A stretch of 64,000 nt of DNA from NCBI GenBank assembly GCA_018818835.1, contig JAHIRD010000141.1, forward strand, positions 4,608-68,607, written 5' to 3'. Source of the DNA: Pseudomonadota bacterium. GTDB taxonomy: Bacteria > Desulfobacterota > Desulfobacteria > Desulfobacterales > Desulfolunaceae. Within the stretch, counting starts at the first letter, position 1, and every line of letters starts with the position of its first letter. The notes below the pieces were generated by a model that saw nothing but the letters and a program-made list of their open reading frames with translations, was not told where the DNA came from and did no database searches. The position numbers and the translations under genes were made by a program. Shown here one piece after another: positions 42,628 through 52,480 of this stretch.

Positions 42628-44439
42628 ATGAGTGACGATCTACTATTTAGTCTTGAAGAAACGATAATCACTGAGGCAGAAGACGTCTTGAAACACATGT
42701 CTTCTTCGGACGCCTCTTTGAATAAGCATTACGCTAAGCTCCTAAAACAATACAAGAAAATTTTCAAAAATCATAAAAAACTCATCAAGATCAATGATAT
42801 TCAACAGAAAAAACTCAATGAAGTGATCAAGGAGGTGGAGCAGGCCAAAGAAGCCGCTGAAACAGCGAATAAATCCAAAAGCAGCTTTCTTGCCAACATG
42901 AGCCATGAGATCCGGACACCCATGAATGGCATTATTGGAATGACTGGCCTTCTCCTTGAAACACCCCTTAACGTGGAACAGATCGATTATGCCCGGACGA
43001 TTCAGTTCAGCGCGGATTCCCTACTGACCATAGTCAACGATATCCTTGATTTTTCTAAAATTGAAGCCAAAAAACTTGAACTGGAAATGACTGATTTTGA
43101 TCTCCGGCAATCCATGGAGGATGTGGTGGAGCTCATCTCTGTCAACGCCCATGAAAAAGAGTTGGAGCTTATTTTGAACATCGCCGTTGACGTGCCTTGC
43201 TTTTTAATTGGTGACCCGGGACGATTGCGTCAAATCCTGTTCAATCTTGCAGGAAATGCCGTGAAGTTCACTGAAAAAGGTGAGGTGGCCATCAGGATAT
43301 CCACGGAAGATGATGATGGAAAAACCGTTAGGCTAAGATTTGAGGTGTCGGATACCGGTATGGGAATTCCTGAAAATCGTTTGAATCGGCTTTTCAAATC
43401 CTTTTCCCAGGTGGACGAATCCACCACTCGAAAATACGGCGGTACAGGTCTTGGGCTTGCCATATCAAAAGAACTGTCCGAAATGATGGGTGGGGCAATC
43501 GGGATTATTCCGAATCCGGGTCAGGGTGTGACCTTCTGGTTCACTGCTGTGTTTGAAAAACAGGCCCAGGGGCAGGAATGTCTACCGGTGATTCCCTCGT
43601 CCGTTTCCGGGAAAAAGATTCTGGCCGTGGAAGATAATGAGACCAATCGCCTGGTCCTGGAGGGATATCTCAAATCATGGGGCTGCAGGTGTATTTCGGT
43701 CCCGGGTGCAAAACAGGCGCTTTCGATGATGAAAGAGGCCCTGGCCGCAGGAGATCCCTTCCATCTGGCTGTGATCGATCACATGATGCCTGGTATGGAT
43801 GGCGAAATGCTTGGGAAAATGATAAAGGCGGATCCCTCCTTGTCCGGTACCCGGTTGGTGATTCTGGGATCTCGTGGTTTGAGGGGCGATGCTGATGCCT
43901 TGGAAAAGGCCGGATTTGATCGGGTCATTACCAAACCAGTGCGCCAAAATCAGCTTCTGGAATGCATATCGCTCCTTCTCGGGGATGTTCCAGGCACACA
44001 GGTTGACAGTAGTATCCTCCCTGGGGAGGATAGAGTCATGGGCAGAATCAGGCCCAAACGGAAAATGCGAATTCTTCTTGCCGAAGACAACATCGTCAAC
44101 CAGAAACTGGCTTTGGTTCTGTTGAGAAAATTCGGGTTCAATGTCGATGCCGTGGCCAACGGTAAGGAAGCTGTGGAATCCCTGAAAAAAATACCCTACG
44201 ACCTCGTTCTCATGGATGTCCAGATGCCTGAGATGGATGGTTTTGAAGCTACCGGAATCATTCGTGATCCACGTTCAGGGGTCCTTAATAACGAGGTCAT
44301 GATCATCGCCATGACAGCCCATGCCATGAGGGGTGACAGGATGCGGTGTATTGAGGCAGGGATGAACAGCTATGTGTCAAAACCCATTGACCCCCGGACA
44401 CTGATTGACGTGATCCAGGAGGTTTTCCAGGGGGGGTGA
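42628..44439 (+). CDS. Cytoplasmic hybrid histidine kinase with two receiver domains
   Basis: H-box [18 protein letters not shown]. HATPase blocks [17 protein letters not shown] and [11 protein letters not shown]. Two REC domains ([13 protein letters not shown]...DHMMPGMDG and [13 protein letters not shown]...[10 protein letters not shown]). Confidence 0.9.
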   Translation: MSDDLLFSLEETIITEAEDVLKHMSSSDASLNKHYAKLLKQYKKIFKNHKKLIKINDIQQKKLNEVIKEVEQAKEAAETANKSKSSFLANMSHEIRTPMNGIIGMTGLLLETPLNVEQIDYARTIQFSADSLLTIVNDILDFSKIEAKKLELEMTDFDLRQSMEDVVELISVNAHEKELELILNIAVDVPCFLIGDPGRLRQILFNLAGNAVKFTEKGEVAIRISTEDDDGKTVRLRFEVSDTGMGIPENRLNRLFKSFSQVDESTTRKYGGTGLGLAISKELSEMMGGAIGIIPNPGQGVTFWFTAVFEKQAQGQECLPVIPSSVSGKKILAVEDNETNRLVLEGYLKSWGCRCISVPGAKQALSMMKEALAAGDPFHLAVIDHMMPGMDGEMLGKMIKADPSLSGTRLVILGSRGLRGDADALEKAGFDRVITKPVRQNQLLECISLLLGDVPGTQVDSSILPGEDRVMGRIRPKRKMRILLAEDNIVNQKLALVLLRKFGFNVDAVANGKEAVESLKKIPYDLVLMDVQMPEMDGFEATGIIRDPRSGVLNNEVMIIAMTAHAMRGDRMRCIEAGMNSYVSKPIDPRTLIDVIQEVFQGG

Positions 44440-44449
44440 GCAGGTGTTA

Positions 44450-47400
44450 TCACGCCGGAATAGAATAGCTTGTAATATCAATCATGGTTCGATCATCAAT
44501 GGGCATGTCAAATTTTAGGTGAAGGGAAAAATGAGTTCCTTTTTGTTCTCTGGCACTGATGATGGTCCCCACCCCAGCCACTTCGATGGGTTTGCTCCGG
44601 GTCAGTATGGCGATGGCCATGTTGAGCTTTCGGCCAAGCAGAAGACGAGCCGTTTCCTTTTTCGTTGTCTTGATCATGAATGAAATCCCCCCGATGGAAA
44701 AATCCAGGAGTTTGCCCTTAAATGGCTTTCCAATGGGCTTTTCGTGTGTATCCAGAAGCTGAACCAGAGTTTTCCCGTTTAGATTCAGTCGTTTTTGCTG
44801 GCGACGATCAAGTCCTGTTTTCGTGACCAGGGTGTTAATCCCATCCCCCAGAGCACAATAATCCATCAGTTTTTTTTCCAGTTCGGGATGTTTGAAACAC
44901 AGATTTTTCAAAGTGTCCCGATCCAGATAACTCACTTTGACCTGGGACAGGGTGATAAGGGACACCGTGGACACCGAGATTGCGAAAAAGGTGTCGTCAC
45001 CGGCAATATCTCCGGCACCTAACATTTTTAAAAAAAACTCGTTGTCCCCATGGGTATAGACAATTTTCAGCTGACCCCGGTTGATGAAATAGAGCCTTGC
45101 GTTTTTTTGATGCTGGGTGATGATGGTTTCATCCGAGGCGTATTCGGCTACTTTTAAGCTGTAAAAAAGATCATTGGCTTCTTCGTTGTTCAGCCGTTCA
45201 TACAGATTCCCCCAGATATTCATGTAATCGTTGATAATGGCATTGTTTTTTTCTTCTTCGATCACATCGCCGGTTTTCACAATTTCATTGAGGGCCATGG
45301 GATCCACTTCAAAAAGTTTTTCCCGGAGTTCTTCGGCTTTGGTGAAATTTTTCTCCCTGGCAAATTTGACAGTCATTCGGTAAAGGAGCCGGACGGCTTC
45401 AGCCGTGTTTTTTTGTCTGACATACTCATCCACCAGTGCCTCAAGGCGCGCGGGATCCGCAGTGAGCAGATCTTCGGTTTTTGCGTCGCCCCGGGTACGA
45501 CTTTTTTTCGTGTTTGAGTCGGTTTTGTTTTTTTCCGCCTCATCTTTTGCCCCTTTCGTGGGCAGACTCTGTAGGTATTTTAATGTCAGGGATGCAGACT
45601 GCCGTAATTCCGGTCCATAACTATTGATTCCCAGGATTCCTTTCTGGGTGACAATGGAGCTGAGTGTGGGGATGGCTTTTTTGGAGCCGATTCGTTTCAA
45701 GGCAGCGCATATGGTCAGATCAAGCTCATTTTTCGCTTCAGCAGACTCTGCTGCTTTTGCCTTGAGGACCTGTGTCAGGGGAAAGACACCCTCGTCACTT
45801 TCAGTTTTTCCAATCAGATCAGCGGCCAGACGTTTGATGCTGTCATCCGGAATGGCAAGGGCTTGGATAAAAAATTTGACTCTTTCCTTGCCTCCGATAT
45901 CAAAGGCACAGTTCAGAGCCGCTTTGGGGACCTTCTCATTTTTATGTTTCAAAAGAGGTCTGAGTATGTCCAAGTGCTCTTCGGAACCCATGTCGCTGAG
46001 AAGTTTGATGAGGTTCCTCATATAGAACCATGAACTACCTTGCTGGAGGCGTAGCACAATGGCGGGCAGGGCCGGTGTCCCGATTTCTGTGAGAGCATTG
46101 ATGGTGCGCACCCGTTGGGACATGTCTTCACTGGTTCTAAGCAGGTCCAGAAGGGGGATAACCGAGATTTCGCTCAATCGAATTAGCGTGTAATAGGCGT
46201 TTTTACCTTCATTTTTTTCATTATCACGAAATTCAGAGAACACCAGATCAAAGGTCGCTTCATTGGCAATGTCGCTAAGAATCCTTGCTGCGATGTCTTT
46301 GATTTCCGTGTTTTTTCTGAGACGCCCATCGGTGATGAAGCTGAATGTTTCAAGGATGGTGTTGGCCTCGGAGAATTGATAGTTGTGGATGAGCTGCCGG
46401 GTATGGCTCTGTAGCATCTTGCAGGCCGCTTTAAAGTTGAAGGTGGCCTCGGTTTCAAATTTAATCCAGAGGTTAAGCTTGTGGGCGAGTTTGTTGATTT
46501 CATCCTGTTTGTTTTCGGAAATGAACGTCTCCATGATGGAAAGGAGAGCTGAAGACGCTAAGGACCTGATCTTCAAGGATTCATTGAGAAGACCATCGGC
46601 TATTCTGTTGATAAGGTTATGGGCCGAATCTACCTTGCCCGAATTGAACCAGAATCCTATCCGACCTGAAATACTCTCCATGATAAGGGGGTCGGCCAAA
46701 GACATAAAATCTCCCTGGAGGATTTTGTTTATTCCTTTCTGCTGATGGACCTTGTCCAGGGCGATCCTTTTTTTTTCTGTCAGGATTTTTTGTTTGATTT
46801 CTTCCCGGAGTACTCGGGTTTTCTGATTTTTTTTAAGCAGGCTCATGACGCTTGCAAACTGAGCGCTTTCTTCGGTCGTCAGTTGTTTGTCTGCATAGGC
46901 ATGGTTTTCGTTGATTCGGTTGATTTCGGAGAAAAAATCCACATACTGATCATCGGAAAGGGTTTTGACCAAGGTGTCAAAGAGGTTGCCAGCCTGGTTT
47001 TTCGCCATGACAACCGTGAGGAGTTCCTTATCGTTGTCAGACAAAGCACGGGTGATGCTGGAGGACACCCGGTCCCAGTTTTCCCGGGGTGTGGACCGGC
47101 CAAAGGCTTGAACCATTTTGCTGATGGTGTCGGGAAGAAGACTGTCAGCAAGGTTGATCCCCTGGCGCTTGATCAGTTGGATGCCTGTCTTGAAAAATTC
47201 ATTCACCCATTGGGAATCCGACGATTTTTCCCCAATACGCAGAAAATCGGTTTCCATGATACGCCGTTCACCCAGAAATGATTTGATCAGATCAATGTCT
47301 GTGCTGTCAAGCAAGGATGATTGAATTTGAGCGGTTTCAGGAATAAACAGGGAAGGGGAGATGGAGATGGAGCTTAAACCAGCCCCTGCCGCTATTTTTT

Positions 47401-47782
47401 GAATGCCACCCTCCAGATCGACCTCATCGCTGTTTTTGCTCAGGATATACAGCAAGTTTCTGAATTCAGTCGGGCTCGTTTCTTTTTTAAGAATGATGCT
47501 TTTAATCCTGAGATCGGACAAGATGTTCCTGAACGACGCCACCTGAGGAAACTGCTGGTGTTTGAAGCTTAATGGCTCTCCTGAAATCAGAAGGCTCTTT
47601 TCCGATTCTGCGATGAGAAGGGGCGTGTTCGACGTAATGGCATTTTGAATTCCGTTAAAGGCCTTATCGATGGAATTTGCGATCAGTGCACTTGATGGAG
47701 GATAAAGTCGAATATTATTTATGGCTGCAATCATGGCTGCAAGAATGTTAATAATTTTATCCATTGGAATCGAATTGGGCAT
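44450..47782 (-). CDS. 1110-aa HEAT-repeat / cNMP-binding / PilZ multidomain protein
   Basis: The helical N-terminal 700 aa contain HEAT-like units (RVRTINALTEIGTPALPAIV, ICAALKRIGSKKAIPTL). A cNMP-binding-like segment follows (LYFINRGQLKIVY...GAGDIAGDD). The C-terminal PilZ has RRQQKRL (RxxxR) and DFSIGGISF (DxSxxG). Confidence 0.75.
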   Translation of the reverse strand: MPNSIPMDKIINILAAMIAAINNIRLYPPSSALIANSIDKAFNGIQNAITSNTPLLIAESEKSLLISGEPLSFKHQQFPQVASFRNILSDLRIKSIILKKETSPTEFRNLLYILSKNSDEVDLEGGIQKIAAGAGLSSISISPSLFIPETAQIQSSLLDSTDIDLIKSFLGERRIMETDFLRIGEKSSDSQWVNEFFKTGIQLIKRQGINLADSLLPDTISKMVQAFGRSTPRENWDRVSSSITRALSDNDKELLTVVMAKNQAGNLFDTLVKTLSDDQYVDFFSEINRINENHAYADKQLTTEESAQFASVMSLLKKNQKTRVLREEIKQKILTEKKRIALDKVHQQKGINKILQGDFMSLADPLIMESISGRIGFWFNSGKVDSAHNLINRIADGLLNESLKIRSLASSALLSIMETFISENKQDEINKLAHKLNLWIKFETEATFNFKAACKMLQSHTRQLIHNYQFSEANTILETFSFITDGRLRKNTEIKDIAARILSDIANEATFDLVFSEFRDNEKNEGKNAYYTLIRLSEISVIPLLDLLRTSEDMSQRVRTINALTEIGTPALPAIVLRLQQGSSWFYMRNLIKLLSDMGSEEHLDILRPLLKHKNEKVPKAALNCAFDIGGKERVKFFIQALAIPDDSIKRLAADLIGKTESDEGVFPLTQVLKAKAAESAEAKNELDLTICAALKRIGSKKAIPTLSSIVTQKGILGINSYGPELRQSASLTLKYLQSLPTKGAKDEAEKNKTDSNTKKSRTRGDAKTEDLLTADPARLEALVDEYVRQKNTAEAVRLLYRMTVKFAREKNFTKAEELREKLFEVDPMALNEIVKTGDVIEEEKNNAIINDYMNIWGNLYERLNNEEANDLFYSLKVAEYASDETIITQHQKNARLYFINRGQLKIVYTHGDNEFFLKMLGAGDIAGDDTFFAISVSTVSLITLSQVKVSYLDRDTLKNLCFKHPELEKKLMDYCALGDGINTLVTKTGLDRRQQKRLNLNGKTLVQLLDTHEKPIGKPFKGKLLDFSIGGISFMIKTTKKETARLLLGRKLNMAIAILTRSKPIEVAGVGTIISAREQKGTHFSLHLKFDMPIDDRTMIDITSYSIPA

Positions 47783-47867
47783 AACTTACCTAAAATGAAA
47801 CGAAAATAGTGTATTAGAAGAAAAATTATTTTTCATAAAATTACAACGCCAAAGCAAACCACTTACG

Positions 47868-47896
47868 AATATAAGGATTTTGCATGGAATTGTCAA
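47868..47896 (-). promoter_or_regulatory. Sigma-70-type promoter of the 1110-aa gene
   Basis: Minus sense TTGACA, 17 nt (ATTCCATGCAAAATCCT), then TATATT. About 85 nt upstream of ATG 47782. Confidence 0.4.
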
Positions 47897-47965
47897 ACCA
47901 ACATACAGAAATCAAGGGAAAGATTTAGATGTGGCTGAAAAAAATGTAAAATTAAAAACTTATAT

Positions 47966-48634
47966 TCATGGGCCGGTGAATAGGAAAGGGATAAGGTCCG
48001 GGAAGAGACGGGTTACCAGTGCAGTGGAAAATAATAGAAGGAGTGAGTAGGTGACAAAGGTGCTGAATATGTCATTCCCCACAAGTTTCAATGCGCTTCC
48101 TGAGGAACGTTTGACCACCACGATGAAACCGAATTTGAGGCTCATGGCGTGGAGCTCGTCAAGGATAAGATGGGACAGGCAGCCGCAGAATACGGACAGG
48201 CTCCCGTAAAAGGCGATAAACTTACCCGAGCTGTCCAAGAGAATATAAGCCGCTTCCGCAGACAAAAAGGCAAAGGGAAGACTGTGCATCATGCCCCTGT
48301 GCCGAGTCATTTTTTTGACCATAGGGCAGGCCAGGTAATTGATAAAAAGATAAAAAATAGGAAAATAGCAGAGCTGAAAAGTTATATCCGTTACGAGACC
48401 CGGCTTGACATGGGGATAAACCAGAATGGGGATTAATACTGAAACCAATTGAAAGAGAAGAGCCAGGGGTTTTCCAGAGTCACTGTCGATGTCAGGAAGA
48501 AGACCTCCCGTGGCTCCAAGGATCAAAACAGCTCCAGCCTGGATTGGATCAAGGTCATGGCCGATGAAACCCGCCGTGGCCATGGCCGTTCCGGTGAGTA
48601 CCCCGGCAGTAAGATGTATGTTGAAATCCGGCAT
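47966..48634 (-). CDS. Membrane-bound metal-dependent hydrolase-like protein (YdjM/DUF457 type)
   Basis: Polytopic membrane protein. N-terminal NIHLTAGVL, and PDIDSDSGKP after TM2 as in the YdjM family. Assignment is weak. Confidence 0.45.
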   Translation of the reverse strand: MPDFNIHLTAGVLTGTAMATAGFIGHDLDPIQAGAVLILGATGGLLPDIDSDSGKPLALLFQLVSVLIPILVYPHVKPGLVTDITFQLCYFPIFYLFINYLACPMVKKMTRHRGMMHSLPFAFLSAEAAYILLDSSGKFIAFYGSLSVFCGCLSHLILDELHAMSLKFGFIVVVKRSSGSALKLVGNDIFSTFVTYSLLLLFSTALVTRLFPDLIPFLFTGP

Positions 48635-48975
48635 GGATATTCCTTCTCCTTATGTTTTCTTTCAGATACCAGTACGGCCCCATATGTGGCAAGGAAAAAA
48701 CATCATGGATTGTCTGTTATGTTCAAACAGGGGTTTTTACTCAGAAGTGAAGGCCCATTTACTTTAAATTATTTGGTTTTTTAGTGTGACAAACCCCGAG
48801 GCTCATCTCTTGGTGCTCGATTTTTCTAATTGACAGCTTTGCTGAGAAAACGTTATAGTTTGAAGGTAAACGAATACTATTTGGAGTGTCTCATTGACTG
48901 TCCGTCCTGAACTTGGGGATGGTGTTTCTTTTTATCAGCCTTATGAATCATGGGTGCGCATGGAGATATTAAATT

Positions 48976-50313
48976 TTGAGCGACAGCGATAAGGACAATA
49001 AATTCAAGGAAGAGCTGGAAAAAGAACTTGAAACCGGTTTGCATAATACGTCAGACGATGGTGGTGCAGATGATTTCACTGTCAAAGTCCGCCGTGAGGA
49101 ATATATCGTCAAGCGGCGGTTTTATGATAAAGATAAGGCCCTTGAGGCCGCTGAATCCTTGCGAAAAGACAAGCGGAATCTTGTTGAGGACAATATCCAG
49201 GGTCAGGCCCTCTCATCTGATGAGGACGTAGAAGATGAAAAGGTGGACTGGGATAAGCTGGTGGATGCCGGCCTGGTGTTTGACCCACCCATTGCCCAGG
49301 CTGTGGAAAAGAAACCCGGTGAAGCCGTGCTGGTAGTGGCCCAACGGGTGACAAAGGCTGTCATTGATGACAAGGAACTGGAAAAAACCCTGGTGGTCAG
49401 GCGGCCGAAAGTTGTACCTCTTTCCGAAACGGATGATGAGGATGAGGACGGGGAATTTGAGGATGACGAGACCGAATTGGATCAGGATACATCGGCCGCT
49501 CAAAAATCAAGACGTCTATGGTTGGTTTTGGTCCTCCTTGTTCTGGCTCTGGGGGGAACCCTGTTTTATGTTATGCAACAGTCTCCTGAAAAGGCGGCCC
49601 TGAATTCCACAGATACGAGATTAGATAAGGCCGAGCCCAAGGACCTTGGGCATAAAACCACACCCCTGACTCCCAATGCAAAAAATGACGAAAAACAGGT
49701 GTCAAAAACGTTGGACAATCAGGCGAAACCCGTGGCGGCCCCTAAACCAAAACCCCCGGCTATGGTCACGACCCTGGCGGATAATGCCCCGTATCACGTT
49801 GAGAAAACCCCCCCTGTTTCTTCCAAACCGGATAAAATCAATACAGACGTGACGCAACATTTTACCCATACGGTTCATGTGAGTTCTTACAGGGATAACA
49901 AACGTTCGACCACAGCCGTTGCCCAGTTGAAGAAAAAAGGGTTTAACGCCTTTTCAGGTGTGATTCGAATCCCCGGTAAAGGGGACTGGTACAGGGTTTA
50001 TGCCGGCTATCTCACGAATCTCGATGAGGCCAGGACCCTTGCAAATAAAATTAAGAAGACACTCCGTGAGGACGCCGTACCACGTAAAACCCCCTGGGCA
50101 ATCCAGGTGGGAGACACAGTGCCTTTGTCACAAACCAAGGAACTTATTTCCCGTTTACAGAAAAAAGGGTATTCGGTAAACACAGTGCCCGTATCCAAGG
50201 ATAATGACGTGGTCCGTATTCTTGCCGGTGCCTTCATGTCTGAGTCAGAAGCATCGACCATGAAATCGTTTCTGGCCAAAGATGGATTTTCCGTAAAGAC
50301 TGTTCAACGATGA
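48976..50313 (+). CDS. SPOR-domain (septal peptidoglycan-binding) protein with an acidic N-terminus and one TM segment
   Basis: TTG start 9 nt after GGAGA. TM segment LWLVLVLLVLALGGTLFYV. Two C-terminal SPOR-like units (HVSSYRDNKRS...WYRVYAGYLTNLDEARTLANKI and a second unit ending RILAGAFMSESEASTMKSFL). Confidence 0.75.
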   Translation: MSDSDKDNKFKEELEKELETGLHNTSDDGGADDFTVKVRREEYIVKRRFYDKDKALEAAESLRKDKRNLVEDNIQGQALSSDEDVEDEKVDWDKLVDAGLVFDPPIAQAVEKKPGEAVLVVAQRVTKAVIDDKELEKTLVVRRPKVVPLSETDDEDEDGEFEDDETELDQDTSAAQKSRRLWLVLVLLVLALGGTLFYVMQQSPEKAALNSTDTRLDKAEPKDLGHKTTPLTPNAKNDEKQVSKTLDNQAKPVAAPKPKPPAMVTTLADNAPYHVEKTPPVSSKPDKINTDVTQHFTHTVHVSSYRDNKRSTTAVAQLKKKGFNAFSGVIRIPGKGDWYRVYAGYLTNLDEARTLANKIKKTLREDAVPRKTPWAIQVGDTVPLSQTKELISRLQKKGYSVNTVPVSKDNDVVRILAGAFMSESEASTMKSFLAKDGFSVKTVQR

Positions 50314-50839
50314 TCCTGATAACCATTCAGGTTCTTTGATTATAAACCACTCGGGTTACTCAGCGTGACAAACAATCTAACTATCGCCAAGGATCACTGG
50401 TGCGAAGACTTAGCGTCCGGTGCATCCGTTTGTTTGGATTAAGTTTCTTCGGGATCGGAATCGATTTGCTCAAATCCACAGACCCGGGAGTCTTCTTTGA
50501 TCCCGCGCGGGTCGGTGGACGCCGCTTAGATTTCCGGCTTTCTCGAAAATTCGGGCGACATAGCCGATTGAAAGGCCTTAGGCATCACGCTTTTCGTGTC
50601 CAAGTGTCATTTCGATTGCACTCCCGATTATCCCAACATATTCGTTCATCCACGAAGGATATTCGCTCAGCAAATCTATAATAAAAATGCACAAAACATT
50701 CTATGATATGCCCGGGCCGGGGTTAAGTGCATGGGCTGCCTTATAATTTTTTGACACAAGTCTGGTTTTCGGTTATGAAGTAATGGACGTCACGAGTGAA
50801 TGATTTATCGAAAGGGCTTAGAAGACAAGGAGAAGAGGA

Positions 50840-51997
50840 ATGAGTGATAAACTCACAAAAGAGCCGTCTGTTTTTATTCAGTTTGCCGGTCAAGGTGTTA
50901 AATACATGGAGGATCTTCGCAGGATGTATACAACATGCCCGGATATCCGTCCGTTTATTCACGCATCCATTGCTGAGATTAAGGCCCAGGCCTCTTTGTA
51001 TGATGATTCACAGACCCACTTTTTTACCAAGGGACTGGACGTGGATGTTTGGATCGAAAAGCCTGAAACAACACCGGAGTTGAGTTATCTTTTGTCTTCC
51101 CCCCTGTCCCATCCCCTTATCAGTCTGACCCAGATGGCGTCGTATATGTCGGCTTTAACAGAGGGGATAGACCAGGACAGACTTCTGGCACAGACACACA
51201 GCGCAACAGGATTTTCAACAGGTATTGTGGCCGCTATCCTGGTGTCCATGGGGCTGCCCTATGATGATTTATGCCGCATGGCCATCAAGGTCCAAGCCAT
51301 GTTCTTCTGGCAGGGGGTTCGGTGTCAGGAATCCATGCTCACCTTTGGCGTGAATCCAAAACTCGTCACTGAACTTTATCATTCGGTGGAGGGGAGTCCC
51401 AGTTGTATGGCCAGTATCACCAATTTGACCCGGAGCAAGTTGGAGACCGCCATACACTCTTTTTCAGGAAACGGAAACTGCAACATCTATCCTGCCTATG
51501 AGCTTTTCCCTGGTCGATGGATCGTATCCGGACTTCCCGACGACCTTTCGGTGCTCAATCAATACCTCAAGAAGGAAGAAGCCCAGGCCACATGGCGTTA
51601 CATTCCTTCCACCATCGGTGCCCATTCGCCTTTTCTTGCCCATGCTTATGAAACATCTCCCAGGGATGCCAAACGACTGGGGCTGTCATTTAATGGGAAG
51701 GACATGAAAATTCCAGTCTTGTCCAATGACAAAGGTGAAGACCTGAGGGCTCTGGATGACATTATTGATGAGGTGATGCGGGCCTATTTCCTCTGTCCGG
51801 CCATATGGAGAAAACAGATTTCTCCGATTTTGCCTCCCACGAAAATTCGTTATGTACTGGATTTTGGGCCAGGGACAGGTGTGGCCAGCCTGACAGAGAA
51901 CCATAGTGCCAGTTCAGGCATTCAGGTGGTTCGGTGTTCCATTCCCCTTGGGCGCAAGAAACTCATGGAAGAGATCCGGCCGCAACTGGGATTGTGA
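50840..51997 (+). CDS. Acyltransferase-fold protein related to FAS/PKS malonyl-acetyl transferases, with an atypical active-site motif
   Basis: RBS AAGGAGAAGAGGA. FAGQGVKYMEDL resembles the F-G-G-Q-G-x-x-(W/Y) AT start. HSATGFSTGIVAAI takes the place of the GHS(L/Q)G nucleophile elbow (His replaced by Phe). Confidence 0.45.
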   Translation: MSDKLTKEPSVFIQFAGQGVKYMEDLRRMYTTCPDIRPFIHASIAEIKAQASLYDDSQTHFFTKGLDVDVWIEKPETTPELSYLLSSPLSHPLISLTQMASYMSALTEGIDQDRLLAQTHSATGFSTGIVAAILVSMGLPYDDLCRMAIKVQAMFFWQGVRCQESMLTFGVNPKLVTELYHSVEGSPSCMASITNLTRSKLETAIHSFSGNGNCNIYPAYELFPGRWIVSGLPDDLSVLNQYLKKEEAQATWRYIPSTIGAHSPFLAHAYETSPRDAKRLGLSFNGKDMKIPVLSNDKGEDLRALDDIIDEVMRAYFLCPAIWRKQISPILPPTKIRYVLDFGPGTGVASLTENHSASSGIQVVRCSIPLGRKKLMEEIRPQLGL

Positions 51998-52099
51998 CCG
52001 TTTTGATGGCCCTAACGAAATTTTAACCTAATTCTTATCTGATCCATATCACGGAGGCCTAAAAATGCATTAAAACATAATTTAAGGAGAAAAAAATAC

Positions 52100-52480
52100 A
52101 TGGGTAAACACTCACAAAAGGAAGCCCTCCAGCGAGCCCTGGATTATCTGCAGTCACTTCACGATGAATTCATTGACGAAATAGAATCTAAAACCCGTGA
52201 CATCAGTATCCATCGGGCCAGACGTGAACACCTGAACGACATATGCAAAGAACCTCCGGATATGATACGCCAATTGCAAGCATGGCGACGGACCAGTTTT
52301 GCTCTGCACCAGAGGCGATCCAAACTAAAGACCATGGATGATAACCTTGTTCGTCAGATCAATGAGGTGAAAATGACACTGGACCGCCTGGAAGACATGA
52401 CAGCCCGGATGTCAGTATCCCATGAGGGGGTGTCCATAAACAGACCCAACCTGTCAATGCCCCTTCAGGATTTTATCTGA
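52100..52480 (+). CDS. Hypothetical 126-aa helical protein
   Basis: ATG follows a strong AAGGAGA RBS. Charged helical sequence with no recognisable family. Confidence 0.5.
   Translation: MGKHSQKEALQRALDYLQSLHDEFIDEIESKTRDISIHRARREHLNDICKEPPDMIRQLQAWRRTSFALHQRRSKLKTMDDNLVRQINEVKMTLDRLEDMTARMSVSHEGVSINRPNLSMPLQDFI

Noticed and set aside
50314-50839. A 525-nt gap of moderate GC content with no credible ORF, inspected as a possible RNase P RNA, tmRNA, SRP RNA or 6S RNA.
   Set aside because: I found no GAGGAAAGUCCGGGC-type P4 block, no tmRNA tag reading frame or tRNA-like 3' end, and no SRP domain IV motif. Track ORF 50400..50681 is Arg/Ser-rich with no RBS. The region is left unannotated.
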